From Balanoglossus misakiensis (Eukaryota > Animalia > Hemichordata), in the NCBI GenBank assembly GCA_040954595.2, contig CM082581.2, forward strand, positions 5,696,699 to 5,760,698: a stretch of 64,000 nt of DNA, written 5' to 3'. The notes under the pieces were generated by a model, which was not told the DNA's origin, did no database searches, and saw only the letters and a list, made by a program, of their open reading frames with translations. The first letter of the stretch is position 1. Every line of letters starts with the position of its first letter. Of this stretch, positions 13,107 to 28,545 are shown in pieces. A program made the translations under genes and the position numbers.

Positions 13107-14220
13107 GGTGCATTCGTTGTTCGTGTTAGTTTGGCAGAACAGAGCGATCTTACAAGGTGGTAACGCCGCACATAGTCGTAAATGTTCACGATCGTCGCAC
13201 CCACCACTTCGCTGCAGGTTTCGCACTATCGCATATCGGTGATCCGTAATGACGTATAATCTCGCGAGAATGTACAATTGGGGTATATTTCAGTTAGGGA
13301 CGGACCATTTCATTCCGAAGGGAGCGATGGTAAGTCGCTCAACAAAATCTTTCGTGGTTTATGTTGCACATGTACGACCCAGAGGATAAAAAATTCACCA
13401 GATTTATTGTGCGTGTGTTATTTTAGATAGATATTACTTGACTCAAAATTATAATTCCCGAAAGGTCAGTCAGTTTTATATGCGCGTTGTTGAACTTATT
13501 AGCCTGTCCCTGACTTGAGGTAAAAACCACCGTCACGTCGCTCACTCAGTGGAGTGACCGTGCAAAGTTACCCAAAATATATTTTACTTCTCTTTCATTC
13601 GCTGATTGGAACAGTCCGCTAAATTACATCCCAGTGAAAATATAAAACTGCAATAGAACTCATTGTTTCATAGCCAAATCTAGTGAATGTACTCCAAACA
13701 TAATCACTGAGGCAACACGCAGTTTATCTTGCTTATTAATTTATTGGAGTTAATATAAAAAAATAATAAAATGTTAAAATTGGAAGAATCATGCAATAAA
13801 GCAATATTGTAAAACTATTGGTGAAAAAGTGTGAAAAGAGAAATCCACTGGCTTCTGGTTTCTCACAATTTTGCGGATAATTGTGATCATAAACAAATTA
13901 TGTTTTGGGCGTGTTGCACAAACATCTTTGACTGAAGTTTGTTTGAATTGTTGTTGTTGTTTATTTGTTTGTTTGTTTTTCGATCGAAGTATCGCAGGCT
14001 TTCTTGGGCCGACCCGCCTGCGATCACGTAACTCAGTGAGCGGAAGCCGCTAAGGCGTCTGGGTATTGACCTATTGACCTTACAGCATTACCTCAACCAT
14101 CAACACAGCTGAAAGTTACAAACGTGTACGTGACGTCCACGGCCTAAAGTACGGCGATCAAGACTATTTGAGTCGAAATTTTCTGTTTTTCGACACTCCA
14201 ACAACCGTACACTGTGCACC
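13107..14220. promoter_or_regulatory. Divergent promoter region between DOK-like and DDX41
   Basis: ATGs at 13106 (-) and 14221 (+), ~1.1 kb apart; CpG-enriched at both ends, ETS-like GGAA words and TGACGT words near each start. Confidence 0.5.
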
Positions 14221-19572
<5,352 letters not shown>

Positions 19573-21064
19573 AGACAAATCCTTATTCTTCGAAGCTGTA
19601 CATACCAGAATTCCAGACCTGGAGAGTCTGCATCATGGAACAAGTGGACTCTGTTATCGATTATGTATTAATGTTTGCCGTAAAATGATACTTAACTTTT
19701 TAAGAACAATGAAATAAAGTTGTTTTTTTAGACAAATGAATGTGGTTTTTCCCTCTTTGTATGTGTGGCTTTTTCCGACCATAATTTTCTGATGCCCAAG
19801 TTCTGCTGCATCAGCCAGATGGTGTACCATGTGTGTACCCGCTTCTTCCTGGGAACATTGTTCAAGACGAAAATGGTTAGAAACCCACCTTTCCATTTTT
19901 TTAAGTGTTAAAATTGACCAAAAAGTGCCATTACTGGGGAAAAGTGAGTATGACCAATAGAGGGCGCTGTTTTTCGGGATCCACATTGGAAAATTTCTAC
20001 CCTGGGTCAATGAATAATTGTACCGAGTTTCATGCTTTTAACCCAAAGTGTCAAAATTATGCCAAAATGTGGGGTTTAGCTGCTCCACTATACTGCTTGC
20101 CAAAGCAATAACAACTCAAGACTCTCCTAGTATACAAACCAATTGGGTATGGGCCTATGCAGTAAAACTAAGTTTCCATCGCTGAATGACGAACATGTGC
20201 AAAAAAGCTGCAAAAAAACTGACATGTTCAGAACTCAACACGACGAGTTCTAAATGACCCTAGCCCTATAAGGCTCAGACATACTAGTAAACGGGCCTTT
20301 GATTTACCTCTGCTGGTACGAGGTCATACGATTACGTCGTATAGACCTACATTTTAGAAAAAAATGCCCTAAACTGAAAGAAAAATCCCAGGGAGGTTGG
20401 GTTCATACCAGAAAATAATGAAAATAATTTGAAAGTTTTGCGCAATAAATGGACACCTTACTATGAGCTTTATTACTCCGATACGTAATGCATATACATT
20501 TCAAATAGATTTATTGCTAACAATAACATTTTGCAACTTATTACAAGTACTGCGGTTTACTCTGCGATTTTGAACAAATACCATACTTTATCAGTCGAGC
20601 GGGTTGAAATTGGCACAACATTGGCCGAATTATTTCAAAGTTTTACACTTGATTGTAATGATTGTGATGTGAAACGTCGGTTATATTTTCTCAGAGACTG
20701 ACATTGGAGAAAATATGTTAAAAGTAAAGCAAAATAAGGTTATTATAACAAGGTCGCAATATAGAACAACTCGGAACCTGATATATTCATCGGAACTAAT
20801 TTGCACGGAGAACCCGTTTACGTTTACATTCGACAGTACGTAAACTAATACTATTAGGCCGAGTTAGTTCACATCAACTTGTTTTCTGAAACCAGTTATA
20901 TATTTGTTCAATTGCCGGTACAGTTGCCTCTCATAGTTTTCGATTGATGCACATACCCGGGTGTCAAATATTATCATTCGTTCAAAATTTGTTTTGCGCT
21001 ATCTAAATTTTATTTGTGTAAATTTGTCTTTTGAAATCAGCGATGCGGGTACATCTTCGCCTTT

Positions 21065-21964
21065 TCATTGATACGGAATGTTCAAGTTCAACTCTTTAAC
21101 TTTCTCCCCGATCTTGGAATCGAAAAGCTCACTTTGTGCAACAGTAAACAGATTCTTCCAATCACCAACAATTCCTCGCCGCACGATAGAATCCACCCCG
21201 ACTTCTATCAAAGCTTCGTCTACAGCTATTATTTCTGGCACACGTTTTCGCATTACTTCCAGAGAGGTTTCCGCCAAAACTCTTTCGATGTCGTCTTCGT
21301 TCACCGGGCGCTGGAGAAATTGCGCGATTTTGTTGATGACTTTCACCAGATCTCGGTGCATTTCTTCGTATGTTACATGAAGCACGTTGTCGTCGATGCC
21401 GTGTTTAGACCATTCGGCGACGTGATTCAGCCATGGCGCAAAGGGAACTTTCCCGTCTAGGAAAGCCTGGAGAGACTGTTCCCATCCGCCGGCCGAAAAG
21501 GCACCGAGGGCAAACAACTTCAAAAAATGGAACATAGAGTTGCAGACATCTTTTGGGTTGCGACTGATATAGATGACCTTGGCACCCCTCTGTTTAACCA
21601 CGTCGAACGGGAACATGGTGGCCGGTAGGTGTGTTCGCAACAACCTGGGTGACGGCAAATCGTCGTGGTTTACCGACTCGATTAACTTACCACGCGCTTC
21701 ACTGAACGGTGTTTTTAACAAGAGGACTTGTTCAATAGACATTGCTTCCCGTGCCACGCCATATTTGCAAAGCCCCCAGTCTCCGTACATACACTTCAGG
21801 ACTTCAACCAGCCAGGTATTGCCGGACTTCGGGAAACCAACCACAATAACGTCGTTGGGTCGAAAGTTAAAGTATTTTACCGCGCGATTTTCAAGTTTCT
21901 GTTTGTCGAAATTCGGTACGAACAGATAACCATCAACTGTAAAGGCACCATCCTGTCCAGCCAT
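21065..21964 (-). CDS. Cytosolic sulfotransferase (Sulfotransfer_1), copy A, intronless CDS
   Basis: 299-aa ORF with 5'-PSB loop GFPKSGNTW, catalytic-His motif LRTHLP, 3'-PB motif RNPKDVCNSMFHF and C-terminal RRGIVGDWKNLFTVAQSELFD (RKGxxGxWK type). Confidence 0.93.
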   Translation of the reverse strand: MAGQDGAFTVDGYLFVPNFDKQKLENRAVKYFNFRPNDVIVVGFPKSGNTWLVEVLKCMYGDWGLCKYGVAREAMSIEQVLLLKTPFSEARGKLIESVNHDDLPSPRLLRTHLPATMFPFDVVKQRGAKVIYISRNPKDVCNSMFHFLKLFALGAFSAGGWEQSLQAFLDGKVPFAPWLNHVAEWSKHGIDDNVLHVTYEEMHRDLVKVINKIAQFLQRPVNEDDIERVLAETSLEVMRKRVPEIIAVDEALIEVGVDSIVRRGIVGDWKNLFTVAQSELFDSKIGEKVKELNLNIPYQ

Positions 21965-22713
21965 TGCAAGTAATTAACTTTCCTCTTAGAGATTTAAGCC
22001 GAATCCGACAGCAAGTAACAAGAAATACGTGAACAGCCAACTTACAATGCAATCCAAATGCGACAGGACAAAGTCTGGTGTCAGAGGGCGCGGGGGGCGT
22101 GTAGTGACCTAAAACAAAAGTTAACCCGACCGCAATTTTTCAGCCAGGCTTCAGGAAAACAAGTGATAACGGACCTAAAGGACGTAGTCTACACTGGGTA
22201 AACTTCTATAGACAAAAATAAATAATGGAAACGATCGTCCTTAAAAACCACAGCTTTTATTCATGTCTTAATCCAGTTGTAAAAAAGCAGTTAAGTTATA
22301 TCACTTGATGTTGACACACCCAGATTGTATAGACATGCTAAATTTGGGTGTTACTACCGTGGTTAAATATTTTGGGGAAACAGAAAAAAAGAATAACTGA
22401 GAAGTAGTATGAAAAAAAAAATACATGTACCGAAGAAAATCATCATAACTACAACTAGTGTCCCTTTAAAGTCAGTTTTCTTACACTGAGAAAATAAAGA
22501 GAAAAGAGACAATGATAAATTTGTTACAGATTGCTTAGATCTTTTTTATTACACAAATAGAAATTAACATTTCATGGAAAAATACTATTTCAAGCTCACG
22601 TTTTGACAATACGCACAAACGGAAGCACTAAAACTACTACTTCTTTTTTTCAACGAAACACAATTGATCATAATTGTATGGGTCAAAATGACTGCGGGTA
22701 CATCTTTGTGTTT

Positions 22714-23613
22714 TCATTGATACGGAATGTTCAAGTTCAACTCTTTAACTTTCTCCCCGATCTTGGAATCGAAAAGCTCACTTTGTGCAACTGTAAAAAG
22801 ATTCTTCCAATCTCCAACAATTCCTCGCCGCACGATGGGATCCACACCGGCTTCTATAACAGTTTCGTCTACAGCTATTATTTCTGGCAGACGTTTTCGC
22901 ATTGCTTCTAGTGAGGTTTCCGCAAAAACTCTTTCGATGTCGACTTCTTTCACCGGGCGCTGGAGAAATTGCGCGATTTTGTTGATGACTTTCACCAGAT
23001 CTCGGTGCATTTCTTCGTATGTTACATGAAGCACGTTGTCGTCGATGCCGTGTTTAGACCATTCGGCGACGTGATTCAGCCATGGCGCAAATGGAACTTT
23101 CCCGTCTAGGAAAGCCTGGAGAGACTGTTCCCATCCGCCGGCCGAAAATGCACCGAGGGCAAACAACTTCAAAAAATGGAACATAGAGTTGCAGACATCT
23201 TTTGGGTTGCGACTGATATAGATGACCTTGGTACCCTTCTCTTTAACCACGTCGAACGGGAACATGGTGGCCGGTAGGTGCGTTCGCAGCAACCTGGGTG
23301 ACGGCAAATCGTCGTGGTTTACCGACTCGATTAACTTACCACGTGCTTCACTGAACGGCGTTTTTAACAAAACGACTTCTTCGATAGACAGTGCTTCCCG
23401 TGCCACGCCATATTTGCAAAGCCCCCAGTCTCCGTACATAGACTTGAGGACTTCAACCAGCCAATTATTGCCGGACTTCGGGAAACCAACCACAATAACG
23501 TCGTCAGCTCGAAAGTTAAACTCTTTTACCGCACGATTTTCAAGTTTCTGCTTGTCGAAATTCGGTATGAACAAATAGCCGTCAACGGTAAAGACACCAT
23601 CCTGTCCTGCCAT
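22714..23613 (-). CDS. Cytosolic sulfotransferase, copy B (tandem paralogue of copy A)
   Basis: 299-aa ORF, same motifs (GFPKSGNNW, LRTHLP, RNPKDVCNS, RRGIVGDWK); highly similar to copy A with homologous 5' flank. Confidence 0.93.
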   Translation of the reverse strand: MAGQDGVFTVDGYLFIPNFDKQKLENRAVKEFNFRADDVIVVGFPKSGNNWLVEVLKSMYGDWGLCKYGVAREALSIEEVVLLKTPFSEARGKLIESVNHDDLPSPRLLRTHLPATMFPFDVVKEKGTKVIYISRNPKDVCNSMFHFLKLFALGAFSAGGWEQSLQAFLDGKVPFAPWLNHVAEWSKHGIDDNVLHVTYEEMHRDLVKVINKIAQFLQRPVKEVDIERVFAETSLEAMRKRLPEIIAVDETVIEAGVDPIVRRGIVGDWKNLFTVAQSELFDSKIGEKVKELNLNIPYQ

Positions 23614-24460
23614 TGCTAGTTTAACTTTCTTCTTGGAAATTTAAGCCGAACAGCAAGTAACAGGACATACGTGAACAGCAACGACCAGTTTACAATGCGA
23701 TCCAAATGCGACAGGACAAAGTCTGGTGTCAGAGGGCTCGGGGGCGTATAGTGACCTAAAAGTTAACCCGACCGCATTTTTCCAGGCTTCAGAAAAACAA
23801 GTGATGACGATAAGCGGTCTTCCAAAAACCGCAGTTTTCATTCACGTACTTCAAATGTATTGTATCACCTGAAGAAATAAACCGGCCTATTTCATTAGAA
23901 GTTTACCAAAAATGAAGAAAATCACAAACACACACGCACACACACACTAGAACATTCCAGATATCAGCAAAACCAAACTAATATATATATAAGTTGTACA
24001 TAATGTACCTCTGCACACAATTCCAAAACCACCTGTTGACCATTCATAACTCATCTGCACTATTAAGCAGTTATAATATGCTGATTGCTGGATCAGTTTT
24101 TATTACATAAATATTAATATTTTACAGGGAAAAATATGCAAGATCATATTTTGACAATTTGCACACATGGAAGCACTAGCCACTCCTTTTTCAAGAAAGT
24201 TATTTTTATCTGGATCAAACTGAGTAGTTTGTAATTTTTTTAGTTGAAATCATTCTCCGTCTTATGTAAAAAATTATGATTACATAGTTTACTCAATTTT
24301 CCATTTAATGTGTACTTTACACAACATGACGTGCCTGTCCTAATTTACTTTTCATTATTAATATTTCATCAACAACATCAGGTGCGGATTCTTCAAGCCA
24401 TAAGCAACATTGCCTGCATCTCTCATCATAAATTCAGGTTCAAGGTCTGGAAGGCAGTCA

Positions 24461-27400
24461 TCACTTTGATCCCTCAGACTCACAAAGGTCACTTTGACTC
24501 GTGTCACTTCCGTCCGAGTAGTACAGATCCTGCAGAGCGCACTTTTCCGAGTCGTCGGGCGTGACGATGACCAGCCGCGACGACGCCCTGGAGATCAGAC
24601 TCAGCATGAATTTGTTGTAGTCGGCGGTCGCCGCGTTCACTCGCGGATGAACACCGATGACGACGGGTCTGTCCAGCCCGCTGAACAGCTTGACGCTGGT
24701 GACGCGGGCCTCGGTCGGCAGGTCCCGGCAGAGGTCCACGTCCTTCCTCTTGCTGAACAAGATCGCCACGTCTTTCGCCCGGTAGCCGTGTTCGGAGTAC
24801 TGCTCGACGATCCTCGGGAGAACCTCCTTGAACGAGTCAGAACTGCAAGGGATGAACTTCACTTGATCCCCAGGGCTCGCATTCGTCACTTCCACTCCGG
24901 CCGAATCGGTTTCAGTGTCGAGAAACTTTGACGCGAATCCGAACAGATCCCCCGAGCTCCTCAGAATCTGCTTGAGTTCAAAGGTCGTCTTCTTGGCGAG
25001 GTCTGGGACGCCGGTTCTGAACTTATGCACCTGCATGTCAGTGTCCACAAAGGCCCACAGGTAACCATGACAACTGGCTCCATCGTCCCCGTTTTTGACA
25101 AACCTCTGTGCCGCCCTGTACCAATCTCCATCCCGGTCTTTGAAATTCTGCGCTTCATCGATGATGATATTTTTGATGTTGCCATAGCATCCATTTGGAG
25201 CTGCATCAGCTAAGAAGTCTCTCCGACAAACTGCTTTACAAAGATGGAGGCTCCTGTAAGAATACATAAAAGACAATCTGAGTATGTGTAAACACTGGCT
25301 TTGTAGGTCTGGAAAACATTGAGAAAATTGATCATTATATTTTGAAAGCCTTCCTACAAATAATTTTGTACCTTTTCTCATAAAGATAACCTACATTGTA
25401 AAAGCAATAATTCCTCTTCCAACCTTGCCAATTTCACGGCCAAATGCCACAAATTATTAGGAGTATCAAGAAACATACCAAATCAGAGTTTCCTTCTTCT
25501 ATCTAAAAAAATATGACCAAGCAGATATCAGTTGCTAAATTATTATTTCGAGCGACATTTGACACACTAACCTGATTTTCTCACACAAAAGTTTATGTTC
25601 ACATATATAGAGGATTTCATCGGCTGTAGAGCCGCATCTCAGCAGTTTCCGCACGAACTCCACCGCTGCAACCGTCTTGCCACTTCCTGGTGGGCCACAT
25701 ACCCACAATTCCTTGTGGTGGTGATGTTGCCATAGCAACTCAAACTGCTGCTGGCTGAGGGTCAACAGGAATTCGTCCTTTTGCCGGAAGTCGGTGGTGA
25801 TCGGTGGAAACGTTGCTACGGTGACAATCAAGGCGTGCAGAATGTGCTCCAGTTTCGCCTTGGTTACTCGGTACCCGGGCACCGACTTGGCAGATTGTCT
25901 CAGTTCGTGCCAGTGGGTTTCTGCAAAACTGTCAGTGTACGGTAAAGTGTGGCAGATGACGTTGAATTTCTCCCTGCATCCTCCTTCCATGACCAGTTTC
26001 CTCTTCAAGATTTTGCCCAGACTGACACTGTACTCTCTCGACTCGTCAGTTACAGCGCCCTCTACGAGCGTTATCAGGAAAATCCCTGCAGTTGTCAGCA
26101 AGAGTGCATCGCCTATGTACTCCACTGGTTTGGGTGCTGCACAGGCTGGGAGGTGTAAAGTCCAAGAGTCAAGGACTAACGATATACCTGTCCAAGAGAC
26201 TGCGCTGGCGTTGTCATTCAACCATTTCCATGGTGACAAGGATGAAGATTTTTGGAGGCTACGGTGTTGCTTGGGGTACACAAGCAAGTTTTCTTGAGAA
26301 ACTGCAAAAGTGGAAATTAAAAATAAGATATATGCAGGTCTTCATGCTCATCATCCAAGTTACATGTATATACATTTTATAATGATATACTAGTATCTCC
26401 ATACCTATGGTGTTGAGAGGTCTTGTGTAGTGTATTGTAGTGTAGTGGTGTTTATGTGTATGTGGTGTGGTGTGGTGTTGTGTCGACAGTGTTCTTCAAA
26501 GACCTTAGATTCTGCTGGCAACACCACAAACTCTTACCTGTAAAGTGTCTTTCCTTAATTTCTGTCACAAAATCCTGAATCATGTAAACTGGTAATGAGC
26601 CTGGGTTGTGCATTTCCAACCTATGGTACTTGTATTTCATTTCATCAATGTCTGAAATAAATATTAAGAAAAGGAATGTATTGTATGTTTTTTTGAAAAT
26701 GCACAGAAACTTTGATGAAAAAAATGCTAGTAAAATCTAGTTTCTTTACCTCTAATTTGTCTGATAATGTTGCTTCGCCAATCAATGGGAGACATTTGCT
26801 TTACTTTCCCATCAACAATGTGATACGTCTCCGGGGGCTGTGTGTGAACTAATCCGGGATATCGAACGATGGAAACAATGATCACAAAACGAGATGTGGA
26901 AACCCCCGAAGGTACACCATCAACGGGGTAAATCGCAACGTCCCAGTGAATTCCCCTCTGAACCCGAATCTCTGGCTTAACCCAGATGGTCTTCGACATC
27001 CTCTCTGTAACCTGGGCGACGACGTCCTCCAGGGTGAGAGGATCCGGGATGTCTTCTCCGCAGACCAGGCTGTTCCGGTCCTCGATTCCGAACAGCACGT
27101 GGCCTCCGCGGTAGTTGGCGAAGGCCGAGACGTACCGACGGACGAACCAGCCGATGCGCTCCGAGACGGGCTCCGTCGACAGGTCCCTCTCGCTGCTGAG
27201 ATACTTGAACTGGATCTGCGCCGTCTCCTGCCTCAGGTCGGCCATGGGTTCACCGTACTCGAACCTGTCCGGGTACCCCGGCAGATCGGAGAGACGGCCG
27301 ATCTTCTCGCCTTCCTCTCGCATCAACTTGACGGCGGTGTGGTAGCTCATGCTGAGGGTTGCCGTGTCGGTGGGCACACGGGCGTGGTAGTTGACGGTGC

Positions 27401-28192
27401 AAACGTGATCGGAGCTCTTCACGAAAACGTACAGGTACTCGTCGTCGTAGCTGCCGACCAGATCGACGTAGTTGCAGATATCGTCCTGCGAGATCAGCCA
27501 CCGTATTTGCTGTTCGATTCCACTCCACCAAGTGTCGAACGATTTGATGTTCGTATTGTCCCGACATGCCGCTGTGTTACATAGTTGGAGAATACCGCCA
27601 CCAGAGTTCAACAAGGCACACAGATAAACTTGCACGGTAGCATTTTCACCTTCGTTGACTCTCTTGGATATGTTCACGTTGCACTGGAGGATAGACTCCC
27701 CAAACTTTGTTAGGTTCCTACAGGAAGAGATTAAGACACAAGAATCATATTGAAACATCTTTAAACCGTACTAGTAGGCATATGGCACACTAGATCACAT
27801 AAAATCACATGAAAACATGTTGTATTCTGAACAATATACACCTGGTTGCTATAGGATCCTGCAGGAAAAAATCTGCAATCAACCTGCTGAGGTAAGAACA
27901 TGTACCCCAGTAAATTGCTGATAGTCATAATAACCAAGGTCATCAAAGGTTGATGGCACAAGATGACGCCCTCACCCAGAGACTGACTGACCTGTCCTTA
28001 ATATTAGAACTATTGACATAGCCTTGCTTGTGGAAACGTATGGCATGTGTGATAATTCAGTTTGTCGTCGTGAAAGAGTAGCATTCGTGACGACAGTGAC
28101 ATTTGATGCTCTACAATGATGGAAAGAGGGACTGCTATGTTGTGACTTTTTGTACTCACATCTTCAGGATCAGTCCTGTCTTTCGATTTCAT
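24461..28192 (-). CDS. SLFN: Schlafen family member 11/13-like (AlbA_2 core + SWAVDL-like + SF1 helicase), ~884 aa
   Basis: Core exons 27717-26750, 26651-26538, 26301-25572, 25253-24461 splice in frame (phases 1,1,2). Motifs: CALLNSGGG, ETAQIQFK, YVSAFANYRGGHVLFGIED (AlbA_2); SWTLHL + DALLL; LLTLSQQQFELL; LWVCGPPGSGKT (Walker A); ILYICE; IIIDEAQNFKDRDGDWY (Walker B); SVKLFSGLDRPVVIG; SRA. N-terminus uncertain: best model 28192-28160 plus 17-nt micro-exon 27858-27842. Confidence 0.9.
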
Positions 28193-28545
28193 ATCAGCTG
28201 TAAGTTGTACATAGATATTTGTTGTAAATGGTCACAAACAGTACTTTTTCAGGCGCGTTGATTAGGCAGCGGGTTGGTGAACTTGAAGAAATGTCACATT
28301 CACAGCACATTTTGTCCCAACCACCTTTCCCAGTGGACAACTGAGTCGACAGGTCAAAGTTCGCATCAGGTCAAGCCAAGGTCAAACCAGGTCGGAGTTT
28401 CTGCGTGAAAAGCTGCGCAAAAGTCTGAATATGAACAAGGAAGTAGATTTCTTGAAAAACCTACGTCAAGCTTGGCGACGAAATAGGCGTATCTTTCAAG
28501 CATTTTGATGGTATTCAAAGTGGGGCCGACATTTATTTGCGAAAC
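28193..28545. promoter_or_regulatory. Divergent region between Schlafen and SLP-76-like gene with clustered nuclear-receptor half-sites (DR5)
   Basis: AGGTCA at 28351, 28368, 28379 and AGGTCG at 28389; 28368/28379 form AGGTCA-agcca-AGGTCA (DR5). Function not shown. Confidence 0.5.

Noticed and set aside
21065-23613. Horizontal transfer of intronless SULTs from bacteria
   Set aside because: Motifs including the C-terminal KxxFTVAQxE dimerisation signature are those of animal cytosolic SULTs.
26946-27584. 212-aa antisense ORF over the Schlafen AlbA exon
   Set aside because: Antisense shadow of a GC3-rich exon.
24461-27717. Schlafen as bacterial contamination or prophage defence gene
   Set aside because: Has canonical spliceosomal introns and is embedded among eukaryotic genes.
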